In this document: positions 1 to 9,846 of the stretch, one piece after another
How positions within the stretch are numbered: the first letter of the stretch is position 1
Layout: each line of letters begins with the position of its first letter
Notes under the pieces: generated by a model
Seen by the model: the letters and a program-made list of their open reading frames with translations, nothing else
Told to the model about the DNA's origin: nothing
Database searches by the model: none
Made by a program: the position numbers and the translations under genes
Source: Woeseiaceae bacterium
GTDB taxonomy: Bacteria; Pseudomonadota; Gammaproteobacteria; Steroidobacterales; Woeseiaceae
Reading direction: 5' to 3'
Assembly (NCBI GenBank): GCA_028289545.1
Contig: JANQPG010000048.1
Coordinates: 200-64,199 of the forward strand
DNA: 64,000 nucleotides

Positions 1-105
1 TCCGACGCAACTGGGCCGTATTTGGGCGTATAGATATATTTGCGCTGTTTCGACCGGTTGTTAATCGAGCGGTCGGAGCGAATGCGCGCCAGGCGCGAGG
101 AGGAG

Positions 106-134
106 GCCGGCCGGGTAATGTCTCCCCGGCCGGC
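106..134. terminator. GC-rich hairpin (GCCGGCCGGG-9 nt-CCCGGCCGGC) just downstream of the minus-strand methyltransferase stop
   Basis: 10-bp perfect stem read directly. The plus strand has only a weak T-rich tract after it, and there is no U-tract on the minus strand, so orientation is ambiguous. Confidence 0.35.
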
Positions 135-152
135 TGTCGTTGTGATCTGTTT

Positions 153-926
153 TCAGGGCTTGCGGAACACGTAAACGAAGCGGTCGGTTTTGCCGCGCCA
201 CGCTTCGTCGAAGACCGACGCCGTGCGCGGATCGTCGGGATTGGAGAGTAGCTTGGAGTTTTTCTCCAGCACGAACCCGGCGGCCGTCACTTCAGGTATG
301 ACTATCGACGCATCCATGCGGTGCAGTTCGTGCGTAATGCTGTCGGGTGCGCCCGATTCGCCGTGGTGATCGACCAGCAGGAACTGGCCGCCCGGTTTGA
401 GCGCATCGAAGATCGCGCGGTTCATCGCCTCGCGATCCTCTCCGGTCCAGATCGTGTCGTGGTAGTAGAGAATCATGAGTGCGCTGTCGAGCGGTTCCGG
501 AATGCGCAGCGAGTCCATGTTTTGAACCGAGTAGACAATATTGTCGCGCGGATCGAGTGACTGGAAACGCGGCCAGGTTTTGCGCGCGTCCGGGAAAGCC
601 TCGAAGATCGGTGTCGGATCGACGGCATACACTTTGCCGCGATCGCCGACGACGCGCGACAGGATCGCGGCGTAGTACCCGCTGCCGGCGGCCAGTTCCG
701 CAACGGCATCACCGGGTGCAAGGTCGATGAGTTTCAGCACTTCCGCCGGTTTGCGGCCGGCGTCGCGAACCCGGTGTTCTTCGAGACGTGACGTATCGGT
801 GACGGCCGCGTCGATTGCGCCCGCAGCCGCCTCCGCGGGCATGGCAAACAGCCAAAGTAAACAGAGTATCGCGGAGCTTGCCGCACGATTGTTGGTTTTC
901 ACTGTGGTTCCCCGAGCGTTATCCAA
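153..926 (-). CDS. class I SAM-dependent methyltransferase with N-terminal signal-like segment
   Basis: 257-aa ORF with motif I-like VAELAAGSGYY and a hydrophobic N-terminus AILCLLWLFAMPAEA. Start is TTG 926, or GTG 902, which would give MKTNNRAASS. Confidence 0.8.
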   Translation of the reverse strand: MDNARGTTVKTNNRAASSAILCLLWLFAMPAEAAAGAIDAAVTDTSRLEEHRVRDAGRKPAEVLKLIDLAPGDAVAELAAGSGYYAAILSRVVGDRGKVYAVDPTPIFEAFPDARKTWPRFQSLDPRDNIVYSVQNMDSLRIPEPLDSALMILYYHDTIWTGEDREAMNRAIFDALKPGGQFLLVDHHGESGAPDSITHELHRMDASIVIPEVTAAGFVLEKNSKLLSNPDDPRTASVFDEAWRGKTDRFVYVFRKP

Positions 927-1373
927 ACCCTTTATCTAGCAGAACTGCGGCGCCGGTCGTGTCCGCCTTTGGCAGCGGTTTCGCGTACGCGTGTACGGCG
1001 CACCGTCCGGCGACCGGCGGGTGGGACACGGGTACCGGCAGCGTGGCGCAGTTCTTCGTTGCGCCCGCGCGACCGGGATGTGCATTGAGTGCAGGCAAAA
1101 ACACTACGTCAAAAATCGTTCGCAGCGGTTTCGCTGCAAACGGCGGCACCGAGGCGATCGACGCGACCTTTCTGCCGGTAACCGGAACAATAACCGTTGA
1201 CAGCCTCGCGACAGCGACGTTGTCGACGGTTTCCGGCGTATCGACGGTGTTGCAGCTGCCGGTATTCGAGGCAATTTTGCAGGCAGTTTTACCGCATCCC
1301 GCCGCGGCGCTATCTACCCCGCATGGCTCTTGGCGAGCCGGTTTCTTTTCTTATCGATTTTCGGGGAGCAAAT

Positions 1374-4262
1374 ATGACTATGGAAACACTCACGCGGAGG
1401 CGCCGGCCAGGCACATGGCGAGCCGCCGCTCTAACGGCAGTGCTGAGCACAGGCGGGTTGTCCGCCGCCAATGCGCAGGACGAGGACACCGAACAACTCG
1501 AGGAAATCACCGTCGTCGGTTCGCACATTCAGCGCGACGGGTTCGACTACTCGTCACCGGTGGCGATCATCAACAACGACACGCTCGAGGCGACCGGCAC
1601 GACCAACCTCGGCGATCTCCTGCAAACCCTGCCGCAGAACGTCAGTTCCAACAACAACGCAACAAGTGGCTTTACGCTCTCGTCGGCAGGACTCAGTCTC
1701 ACTGATCTGAGAAACCTCGGCACGTCGCGTACGCTCGTTCTGATCAATGGCCGGCGTTTCGTGTCCGGCGTCAATCCGGGTGTGGGTTACGGCGTCGACC
1801 TGAACGCATTGCCCGTGTCGATGATCGAGCGGATCGAGGTACTGACCGGCGGCGCGTCCGCCGTTTACGGCTCGGATGCCGTTGCCGGCGTCGTCAACAT
1901 CGTTACACGCACCGACTTCGAAGGCGTGGATCTCGAAATCCAGACCGGCGCATCAACCCAGGGCGATAAGCGCAAGGACGACGTGTACCTGACGCTCGGC
2001 GGCAAACTCGGAGACAGCGGCAACGCCTGGCTGTCGATAGGCTGGTCGGACGATTCGGAGCTCTTCACGGGCGATCGGCCGTGGTCGGCCACGGATATTG
2101 CCGTCTACGATCTGGACGGCGACGGTTTCGGAGATACCGACGAATGGCTGGGTTCGAGTTTCGTGCCCGCCGGCCGCTTCGGGACCTATCTCGGCACCGG
2201 GGAGCCGTTCCGCTTCGGGCTTGCCGATCGTGACAACAGCGATCTCTTCAACCGCGCCAGTTTTCGCACGATATTTTCGCCCGTCGAGCGTCGCTTCGCC
2301 AACGGCGCGGCGACCTTTGAGGCCAACGAGCGCCTGACCGTCAGCGCTGAATTCAACTATTCACTGGTTGAGACGTTTACGCAGACCGAGCCGTTTGCGC
2401 TCGACATCAACGACAATATCTTCATCCAGTCGCGTGGCGGCACGGGTGGCATCGATGTTGCGACTCACCCGCTGATCCCCGACCTGTTGCGAACCAACCT
2501 GCTGAATGACGGGATTACCAACATCAATCAGCTCGGGATTGCATCGGCCGTACGTCGACTGGTCGAATTTGGCCCCCGGCAGACGGAGATCAGCCGCACG
2601 ACGCTCAGGGGCGTCGTGGCTTTCGACTACGAACTGCCTTCCGACTGGGTGTTGAGCGGCTACTATACCTACGGCCGCACCGACCAGGATCAGCAGGGTA
2701 CCGGGCAGATCAACACGGAACGGGCTGCGCTGGCGCTCGACGTCGAAACGGGGCCCGACGGCCAGCTCCGCTGCCGCGACAACATAGCCCAGCTGCAAGG
2801 GTGTGTGCCGTTCAACCCGTTCGGCGCCGGCACGATTACCCCGGAGCAGGTGCAATACCTCGCAGCCCCAGCCAACTTCCAGGCGATTGTCGAACAGGAG
2901 GTATTCAACTTGGGGTTAAACGGCAGTCTGCCGCTTGAACTGCCCGGCGGTGCTGTCGCCGTGGCGGGCGGACTCGAATACCGGGAGGAACGCGGTTCGG
3001 AGATCCCGGGCGGTTTCCTGCAGGCAGGTGTATCGGGCGGTAACGTATCGCGGCCGACCGACGGTAAATTCGACGTGTTCGACGTGTACGCGGAAGTCTT
3101 TCTGCCGTTGCACGAGCGCCTGGGCGTGGATCTTGCGGTGCGCGCCGGCGACTATTCGACCGTGGGCAGTCAGACGACCTGGAAAGCCGGTCTCGACCTG
3201 ACGGTCGTCGAGTCGCTGAGGTTCCGCGGCACGGTCGCGACGGCCGTGCGCGCGCCCAACATTTCGGACCTGTTCAGTGGCGACGGCGAGACGTTTGCAC
3301 CGTTGACCGACCCCTGCAACGGCATCGACGCGACGACGACCGGCAACGTGGCCGAAAACTGCCGCTCGATACCGGTCATTGCCGACCGGATCGCCGACAC
3401 CGGATCGTTTACGCTGTCGCAGGTCGAAATACAGCAAACCGGCGGCTTCATCGGCGGCAATCCCGACGTCGCCGAGGAAACGGCGGATTCGATCACAGCG
3501 GGCCTCGTCTGGCAGCCGGACTTTCTCGGCAACTTCTCGGTCTCGGCCGACTGGTACAACATAGAGATCGACGACGGTATTGCGATCACCTCGCGTACCG
3601 TCGTGCTGCAGCGCTGCTTCGACGTAGCACCCAGCGAGTTCGACCCCAGCTGCGCCGGGCAGGCTCGCCGCGACGGTAACGCCGGCGCGGGAGGCCTGGT
3701 TGGTGTCGACTCGAACAGCTCCAACGAGAATCGCTTCGAAACCCAGGGGATCGACATCGAGCTGGCCTACTCGCGGCCACTTGGCCCGGGCGACATAAGC
3801 TGGACGATGTTCTACAACCACCTGCTCAAGTTCGACACGATCGGCATCATCGACGGCGACGTCGACGAGGACGCGGGTGAGGTGTTGTTTCCCGAGAACC
3901 GGCTGACCGGCAACCTGCGCTACAGCTGGGACAACTGGTCGGCGAACTACCGGATTCGCTTCTGGGACGAGGTCAAGGACTCGAACACGCCGGAGCTGAC
4001 CAACGAGAACTTCTCTATCGGCGGTGTTCCGGTAGGCCCTGAAAAGAACGAGATATCGGCTTACACCTATCACGATATCTCGCTCGCCTACGTCAACGAC
4101 AACTGGCGCGTAACGGCGGGTATCAACAACGCGCTCGACAAGGATCCGCCGGTTCTGTCGCAGTTCAGCCAGTACGGCAACACCGGCACCAACACGGCGA
4201 GCGAGGCCTACGACCCGATTGGTCGGACCTGGTATTTCAACCTGGGCTACACCTTCGACTGA
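1374..4262 (+). CDS. TonB-dependent outer-membrane receptor
   Basis: Track ORF 1197..4262 trimmed to ATG 1374 (MTMETLTRRRRPG...SAANAQ signal peptide). TonB-box/plug region LEEITVVGSHIQRDG. C-terminal barrel end WYFNLGYTFD. Confidence 0.93.
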   Translation: MTMETLTRRRRPGTWRAAALTAVLSTGGLSAANAQDEDTEQLEEITVVGSHIQRDGFDYSSPVAIINNDTLEATGTTNLGDLLQTLPQNVSSNNNATSGFTLSSAGLSLTDLRNLGTSRTLVLINGRRFVSGVNPGVGYGVDLNALPVSMIERIEVLTGGASAVYGSDAVAGVVNIVTRTDFEGVDLEIQTGASTQGDKRKDDVYLTLGGKLGDSGNAWLSIGWSDDSELFTGDRPWSATDIAVYDLDGDGFGDTDEWLGSSFVPAGRFGTYLGTGEPFRFGLADRDNSDLFNRASFRTIFSPVERRFANGAATFEANERLTVSAEFNYSLVETFTQTEPFALDINDNIFIQSRGGTGGIDVATHPLIPDLLRTNLLNDGITNINQLGIASAVRRLVEFGPRQTEISRTTLRGVVAFDYELPSDWVLSGYYTYGRTDQDQQGTGQINTERAALALDVETGPDGQLRCRDNIAQLQGCVPFNPFGAGTITPEQVQYLAAPANFQAIVEQEVFNLGLNGSLPLELPGGAVAVAGGLEYREERGSEIPGGFLQAGVSGGNVSRPTDGKFDVFDVYAEVFLPLHERLGVDLAVRAGDYSTVGSQTTWKAGLDLTVVESLRFRGTVATAVRAPNISDLFSGDGETFAPLTDPCNGIDATTTGNVAENCRSIPVIADRIADTGSFTLSQVEIQQTGGFIGGNPDVAEETADSITAGLVWQPDFLGNFSVSADWYNIEIDDGIAITSRTVVLQRCFDVAPSEFDPSCAGQARRDGNAGAGGLVGVDSNSSNENRFETQGIDIELAYSRPLGPGDISWTMFYNHLLKFDTIGIIDGDVDEDAGEVLFPENRLTGNLRYSWDNWSANYRIRFWDEVKDSNTPELTNENFSIGGVPVGPEKNEISAYTYHDISLAYVNDNWRVTAGINNALDKDPPVLSQFSQYGNTGTNTASEAYDPIGRTWYFNLGYTFD

Positions 4263-4288
4263 GTGCCCGATCGTTAGCGGAAAGCCCC

Positions 4289-4318
4289 GGGGCCGGTCAT
4301 TGCGCCGGCCCCGTCTTT
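4289..4318 (+). terminator. intrinsic terminator-like hairpin after the TonB receptor
   Basis: GGGGCCGG-8 nt loop-CCGGCCCC followed by GTCTTTGCC, 27 nt after the stop codon. Confidence 0.55.
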
Positions 4319-4417
4319 GCCGACGTCCGTGCCACAAACGAGCGCCCGGTAACCGGAATACCGCCCATTTGCCGGTCGGAACGCCGTTGAGCGGGCAGAA
4401 TTGCTACTATTTCGACG

Positions 4418-5254
4418 ATGTGCCCCGGGGACCCTTCCGTGACTTCTGCGTTCGCCAAGGCCAATGTCATTCGATCGATTATTGTCGATGACGAACCGCT
4501 AGCGCGCGACCTTCTCAAGCGTTTGCTCGAGAAGGAGCCCGACGTGAGTTTGCTTGCGGCGTGCAGTAACGCCCGGGAAGCCGTCGAGGCCGTGCGCGCC
4601 CTGAAGCCTGAGCTCGTGTTTCTCGATATCGAGATGCCCGGCGAGGACGGTTTGTCGCTCGCCGAGCGTCTGTCCACACTGCCGAAGCCGCCGCAGATTG
4701 TTTTCGTAACGGCCTACAACCGGTTTGCAATCGACGCGTTCGAGCTGAACGCCGTCGACTACCTCGTCAAGCCGGTATCCAAGGAGCGCTGTCGCGACGC
4801 CGTCTCCCGCGCGCGTGACGTCATTCGAAAAGACAGTATTGTCGAACTGGCGTCAAGACTCGTCGAAGTCGTCAGAAACGTGGACCGGGCCACGGAACAA
4901 CCGCCCGAAGAGCAACATCTCGTGCTCAGCAAGAACGATGTGCTTCGCAGCGTGCCGCTGTCGCAGGTCCAATGGATCGAGGCCGCCAATCAATACGTGA
5001 GTATCCACACAACGGACGGCAGCTACGTCATGAGCGAATCGCTCGGGCAGTTTTCGGCGCGGATTTCCGATGCCCGTTTTCTGCGCGTACATCGGTCGGC
5101 GCTGGTCAACGCGCGCTACGTTGCTGAGGTGAGCCGCAACGCCAACGGCACGCACACGCTGATGCTCGCGGACGGCACCGAGTTGACGTTGGCGCGCTCG
5201 AGAGCCTCGCTGCTGCCGGCGCTGCTGAAGTTTTCGGCGGAACGCAATGCTTGA
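4418..5254 (+). CDS. LytR/AlgR-family response regulator (REC + LytTR DNA-binding domain)
   Basis: REC motifs IIVDDEPLARD and LVFLDIEMPGEDG. C-terminal LytTR segment VPLSQVQWIEAANQYVSIHT...LRVHRSALVN. Confidence 0.9.
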   Translation: MCPGDPSVTSAFAKANVIRSIIVDDEPLARDLLKRLLEKEPDVSLLAACSNAREAVEAVRALKPELVFLDIEMPGEDGLSLAERLSTLPKPPQIVFVTAYNRFAIDAFELNAVDYLVKPVSKERCRDAVSRARDVIRKDSIVELASRLVEVVRNVDRATEQPPEEQHLVLSKNDVLRSVPLSQVQWIEAANQYVSIHTTDGSYVMSESLGQFSARISDARFLRVHRSALVNARYVAEVSRNANGTHTLMLADGTELTLARSRASLLPALLKFSAERNA

Positions 5255-6431
5255 TGCGACACCGGATATCGCGCGGCGCTCACCGCCCGACGAGGCCGCG
5301 GTGACACCGAGCGGGGAAGCGTCCTTGTTCTCACCCGGCACGGCGTTTGCCGCCGTCTTCGTGATCTGGATGGCCGTCTCACTGATCGCCGGCGTCACCG
5401 CCTTTCTGGCGATGGGCGGCCGGGGTTTCGGCGATCTGTCGTACGTCATGCAGCCGATGCTGCGCTACTACGGTGTCTGGTTCGTCTGCTCGCTGTTGAT
5501 CTACCAGGTTGTGCTGCGATTCAGGGGCTCAGCGAAGAAGTGGGCCGCCGGCTTCGGTATCCATCTGTTGCTGCTTTCCGGTCTGACCTTGACCTTGCCG
5601 TTTGTCGTCAGCCCGAACAACTGGCCCGACATGCTGCACGGTCAGCGCGCGCCTGGGTTTCATTCTCTGTCGGTCATTGTTTACAGCTACTGCCTGGTCG
5701 GCGCTTTCGTGCTGCGCCGCTATCGGGTTGCAGAGCGACTCAAAGGTCAGGCGGCGTATTCCGAACTGCAGGCCGTTGTTCTCGAGAACCAGCTCAATCT
5801 CGCCAGGATCGATGCGTTGAAGATGCAAATCAATCCGCATTTCCTGTTCAACGCGTTCAACTCGATTGCCGCGCTGATCGAGGCGCGTCGCAACGACGAT
5901 GCCTACGAGGCCCTCGGTCTCCTCGGCGATCTGCTGCGGACGGCAATGACTCATGCGTCCGACCGCTTCGTTAGCCTCGACGATGAACTGACCTTCGTTC
6001 GCCGCTACATCGCCGTGGAGAGGCTGCGTTTTGGTGATCGGCTGGAGCTTGTCGAGAACGTTGCCGAGAGCAGTCTTCTTGCGGAGGTGCCGGCACTGCT
6101 GCTGCAGCCCATCGTCGAAAACGCCATCAAGCATGCACTGGCCCGGCGGACCGAGGCCGTAAGAATCGAGGTATCCGCTCGTTCTGACGGCAACCGGCTG
6201 GTCTTGTCGGTACTCGACAACGGCCCGGGATTTGCGGATACGGGCTCCGCCGGGATCGGGCTCGTCAACGTGGAGCGGCGTCTCAGGCTGCTGTTCCAGG
6301 ACAATGCCGAACTCCGTTGCGAGAACGACCCGTCGGGCGGAGCGCACGTCAGCATTCTGCTGCCGCTCGCGAGTGACGCGGCGGAAAACGCCGCACCCGG
6401 AATCATCCCCGCAACCGACGGGCCGCGGTAA
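5247..6431 (+). CDS. LytS/YehU-type sensor histidine kinase
   Basis: ATG 5247 overlaps the regulator stop (ATGCTTGA). Multi-TM N-terminus. INPHFLFNAFNSIAALI (His_kinase-type H region). HATPase motifs DNGPGF and GIGLVNVERRL. Confidence 0.9.
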   Translation: MLDATPDIARRSPPDEAAVTPSGEASLFSPGTAFAAVFVIWMAVSLIAGVTAFLAMGGRGFGDLSYVMQPMLRYYGVWFVCSLLIYQVVLRFRGSAKKWAAGFGIHLLLLSGLTLTLPFVVSPNNWPDMLHGQRAPGFHSLSVIVYSYCLVGAFVLRRYRVAERLKGQAAYSELQAVVLENQLNLARIDALKMQINPHFLFNAFNSIAALIEARRNDDAYEALGLLGDLLRTAMTHASDRFVSLDDELTFVRRYIAVERLRFGDRLELVENVAESSLLAEVPALLLQPIVENAIKHALARRTEAVRIEVSARSDGNRLVLSVLDNGPGFADTGSAGIGLVNVERRLRLLFQDNAELRCENDPSGGAHVSILLPLASDAAENAAPGIIPATDGPR

Positions 6432-6592
6432 CCGGTCGGGATATCTGGCGACAAGCCAACTCCTTTTGCCAACGGTGCAGTGCCGTTCTTGCGCTCTGTC
6501 TAAGTAACAGTGTGTCTGAACGGTGGCGTGGGCAGTTTGCCCCGTCAAAAAAATACGGCGACAAGGGGAACACAAATGGAGGGACGGGCCGA

Positions 6593-7504
6593 ATGGTAAT
6601 AGGGAAGGTGCAGGAGATTGGCGACCTCGTATTGTTCGTTAACGTTGTTGAAACCGGCGGTATCTCGAGCTGCGCTCGACAGCTGGGCTACGAGCGCGGC
6701 ACCGTCAGCCGCCGGATACGGCGACTCGAGCGATCGATCGGCACGCCGCTTCTGAAACGGTCGACCAAGAACGTCACTGTGACTGATGCCGGCAGGCGCT
6801 GCTTCGAACAATGCGCCGTGTTGCTCGACGCCGTCGAAAGGGCGAAGGAAGCCGCCACTGCCGGTATCCCGGACATCCCATCGGAACCCATCGTTATTGG
6901 CGCTCCCGCAGCTGCGTTCGAAACTTTTCTCAAGCACCATCTCGAACGCTTCATCGAACGTTCGGGCAAGGTGCGGCTGGAAATGATCCCCGTCGGCGCG
7001 TGGAGCCCGGACCTCTTGTCGCGAGTCGACCTGGGCGTTGCCCTCGCGCCGCAAAAGCTCGACGGCGTGGACACCAAGACCCTGACGGACGTCTCTGAGG
7101 TTGTGTGCGCGAGCCCGGCGTTCCTCAAGTCGGCAGGCCGGCTGGACAGCGTGCAACAGCTCGGCGAGCAGCGGTGTGTGCTCGATGGCTCACTGGCGAA
7201 ACCGCGGGTGTGGAGCTTTCTCCGCGACGGCGAACTCGAGCGTGTGAAGGTCGCTAACGGTTACCTGACGGCCGGCCCGCTCGAGGCGCGGGAGGCCGCA
7301 ATAGCCGGGCTGGGTATCTGTCGAATACCGCGCTTCATGTGCAAGGCGAACCTCGATAGCGGCCAGCTGCTGCCGCTTTTCCCCAGCTATGAGCCCACCG
7401 GGCGGCGGCTCGTGCTGGTGAGCCGGCAGCGCTCTCTGTTTCGACGCGACTGCACGGAGCTGCGCCTGTTTCTCGAGCGCAGCCTGTCAGCGACCCTGGT
7501 CTGA
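6593..7504 (+). CDS. LysR-family transcriptional regulator
   Basis: HTH GGISSCARQLGYERGTVSRRIRRLE plus a LysR-type substrate-binding C-terminus. The internal ATG 6593 was chosen over the track start 6512. Confidence 0.9.
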   Translation: MVIGKVQEIGDLVLFVNVVETGGISSCARQLGYERGTVSRRIRRLERSIGTPLLKRSTKNVTVTDAGRRCFEQCAVLLDAVERAKEAATAGIPDIPSEPIVIGAPAAAFETFLKHHLERFIERSGKVRLEMIPVGAWSPDLLSRVDLGVALAPQKLDGVDTKTLTDVSEVVCASPAFLKSAGRLDSVQQLGEQRCVLDGSLAKPRVWSFLRDGELERVKVANGYLTAGPLEAREAAIAGLGICRIPRFMCKANLDSGQLLPLFPSYEPTGRRLVLVSRQRSLFRRDCTELRLFLERSLSATLV

Positions 7505-7523
7505 CCCCGCAACACCGGCGGCG

Positions 7524-8132
7524 TCATTGCCCCAGCGGGTTGCGAAACATGCGAACAATATGGCGAGCCAGTTCGGCCGGTTGTTTGCCGCCGGGCCGAT
7601 ACCAGTTGCGTGTCCAGTTGAGGCTGCCGAGCAGCGCGAGCCGGAAAAGTTGCCGATCGGTTTCCGGCGGCAACGGCAGGTCATCGAGAAAACCCTCAAA
7701 AAACGCCTCGTACTCGTCGCGCTGTGCAATCAGGCTGCCGCGCAGCGGTTCTCCAAAGCTCCGTATGAACTGCGCCGTAATGACGGGCCCGAACGGGTTG
7801 TCGCCGAGTAGCGCCTCGAGATGCCCGGCTGCCGCAGCGGTCAGTCGATCCCAGGGTTCGCGACCCGCTCCGACCAACGCGCGCTTCACGGACGCCATGA
7901 CGTGTTCGACGCCTTGCCGGTGCACCGCCAGCAGCAGCTCTTCCTTGGACCGGAAATGGTAGTAGACCGAGCCCGGCAGCATGCCCACGTCTCTGGCGAT
8001 GTCCCGGATCGACGTGCCTTCGTAGCCGCGCACGGCAAAGCGGTGCGCAGCCGCTTCCAGCAGCTGCTGCCGACGACTTTCGCCGCCGCCGTTTGCGCCC
8101 GTTTCCAGGGGTGTATCTCCGCCCGCTGACAT
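7524..8132 (-). CDS. TetR/AcrR-family transcriptional regulator
   Basis: N-terminal HTH TSIRDIARDVGMLPGSVYYHFRSKEELL. 202 aa, ATG start. Confidence 0.9.
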   Translation of the reverse strand: MSAGGDTPLETGANGGGESRRQQLLEAAAHRFAVRGYEGTSIRDIARDVGMLPGSVYYHFRSKEELLLAVHRQGVEHVMASVKRALVGAGREPWDRLTAAAAGHLEALLGDNPFGPVITAQFIRSFGEPLRGSLIAQRDEYEAFFEGFLDDLPLPPETDRQLFRLALLGSLNWTRNWYRPGGKQPAELARHIVRMFRNPLGQ

Positions 8133-8240
8133 AGCTTGGATTCAACGCGGTACCGTTTACGGGAGTTCCAGCCCAATTATACCTGTTGTGTCGTGTTCGC
8201 GGTCAAGTGTCGTCGCCATAACCGTCAAAGCGCCCGCCGA

Positions 8241-8996
8241 TCAGGCTGCCGTGACGCCGCCGTCGGCGGTCAGCACGTGCCCCGTGACAAAAGACGCTTC
8301 GTCGGAGACGAGGAAACGGATGGCCGCCGCAATTTCGCGAGGCTCGCCGAGTCGTCCGAGCGGGATCTGGGCGGCCAATTTGCCGGCGCGCTCCGAATCG
8401 GCAAGGGCTTCCGCGGTCATTGGCGTCACGACGGGGCCGGGCGCGACAGCGTTGACCCGCACCCCGGCAGGCGCGAGTTCGAGCGCCATCGATTTGACGA
8501 GCCCGTTGATGCCGGCCTTGGACGCCGCATACGCCGCGGCGCGGGGATGTCCGACTGCGCCGATCTGGCTGGACACCAGCACAATCGAGCCTCTGCCGAC
8601 CGCCTGCATAGGCCGAGCGCACTGACGAGCCATCTGAAAGGCGCCGCGCAGGTTAATCGATAGCACCTGTTGCCAGTCGGCGTTGCCAGTTTCGAGCGCG
8701 CCTTTGTGCACAAACACGCCGGCGCAGACGACCAGCGCATCCGGGGCCTCCCCGGATGGCGCGATCCGGGCCAGCGCAGCGTCAATGGCGCGGTCGGTCT
8801 CGTCGGCATCGGCGAGGTCCGCCGCAAAGCGGTAGGCTGGGTCGACGATGCCGTCCAGCGCGGCCGAGTCTTCCCGCACCAGTGCGGCAACCCGGGCACC
8901 GTCTTCGACGGCCGCCTGCGTAAACGCGAGCCCAATACCCGAATCGGCGCCACTCACGATGATGCGTCGGCCCTCGAGGCTGGCGAATCGGCTCAT
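8241..8996 (-). CDS. SDR-family oxidoreductase
   Basis: Cofactor motif VSGADSGIGLA and catalytic YAASKAG (YxxxK). Start trimmed to ATG 8996. Confidence 0.9.
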   Translation of the reverse strand: MSRFASLEGRRIIVSGADSGIGLAFTQAAVEDGARVAALVREDSAALDGIVDPAYRFAADLADADETDRAIDAALARIAPSGEAPDALVVCAGVFVHKGALETGNADWQQVLSINLRGAFQMARQCARPMQAVGRGSIVLVSSQIGAVGHPRAAAYAASKAGINGLVKSMALELAPAGVRVNAVAPGPVVTPMTAEALADSERAGKLAAQIPLGRLGEPREIAAAIRFLVSDEASFVTGHVLTADGGVTAA

Positions 8997-9049
8997 TGCG
9001 GGGTGCTCATTGTTCCGAAGCTGACGTCGCGAGGCGTAGTCATCGTCGC

Positions 9050-9760
9050 TCAATCATGAGCCGGACCGATACCGGACGCTTCGTTGAAGCCGCCCTGGCC
9101 CGACAGTTCCGCCCAGGTCCTGAACTCCGGTGACGCCTTGACCTTGCCGGACAGCACGACGTTGCGCCAGACGTCGGCCGCCTCAACGAAGTTCGGCACG
9201 CCGCCCGGGAACATCGTCAGCGACAGGGCTTCCGCCAGCCCGGTCTCGTCCACTTCGTCTTCGTACGCCGCAAACAGCTGCCACGCGAGGCCGTCCCAGT
9301 CGCCGAGCGTCGTGTAGACGGCGGCGGCAGCCATGTGCGCAACGCCAATGTCGGCGCCCTCGGCGGCGCTCCGGAACGCCTCGACGTAGGCCCGGTAGGG
9401 GTCCACGCCCGGCAGGTGCTCCTGCCAGTGTTCGCGGACGAACCGGTATGAAGAGCTGCCCATGGCGAGCGACGTCAGGGCAAGGATGCTCTGAAACTCG
9501 GCGTCGTTGCCCCCGGCCCCGGCGTAGCGCGGAATGTGATGTGTACCGATGGCCTCTTTCGACGCAATGAGTATCGCCATCCAGACGAACTCGTGGTCGT
9601 GTTTGCTCAAGACCCGGTCCACGAGCGTCAGTTCGGTGTAGAGCGCGTCGTAGGCGTCCAGCAGTTTTGGCATCGACACGGCCATCAGGCCGTGATGAGG
9701 CAGCAGGTAGCCGCGTTTTTCGCGGATGTCCATGAGATAGCGGGCAAGATCGGCGGGCAT
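9050..9760 (-). CDS. AhpD/carboxymuconolactone-decarboxylase-like protein (tentative)
   Basis: 236-aa all-helical-looking ORF with coding-like composition and two similar halves. The family assignment is by resemblance only. Confidence 0.5.
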   Translation of the reverse strand: MPADLARYLMDIREKRGYLLPHHGLMAVSMPKLLDAYDALYTELTLVDRVLSKHDHEFVWMAILIASKEAIGTHHIPRYAGAGGNDAEFQSILALTSLAMGSSSYRFVREHWQEHLPGVDPYRAYVEAFRSAAEGADIGVAHMAAAAVYTTLGDWDGLAWQLFAAYEDEVDETGLAEALSLTMFPGGVPNFVEAADVWRNVVLSGKVKASPEFRTWAELSGQGGFNEASGIGPAHD

Positions 9761-9846
9761 CGTGTTGGTTTCTCTCGAAAGGGTCGTTCTGATTGGGGGA
9801 GGGTTGTTATACGCTAGCCCGCTTTACCCAGACAAGGCGAACTACG

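Noticed and set aside
1-152. Partial gene running off the left edge
   Set aside because: All three plus frames hit stops or look non-coding. On the minus strand the only start-like codon is a TTG at 10..8. There is nothing supportable.
927-1373. Cobalamin or other riboswitch in the long leader of the TonB-dependent receptor
   Set aside because: I found no B12-box-like core (no GCCACTG-type element and no GGGAA/AGYC segments in order). There are only short generic hairpins. This needs cmscan to be certain.
2916-4337. 473-aa minus-strand ORF (with 2361..2855 and 3170..3757) antisense to the TonB receptor
   Set aside because: Arg/Val/Gly/Ala-rich shadow ORFs with no motifs. The plus-strand receptor has clear family signatures.
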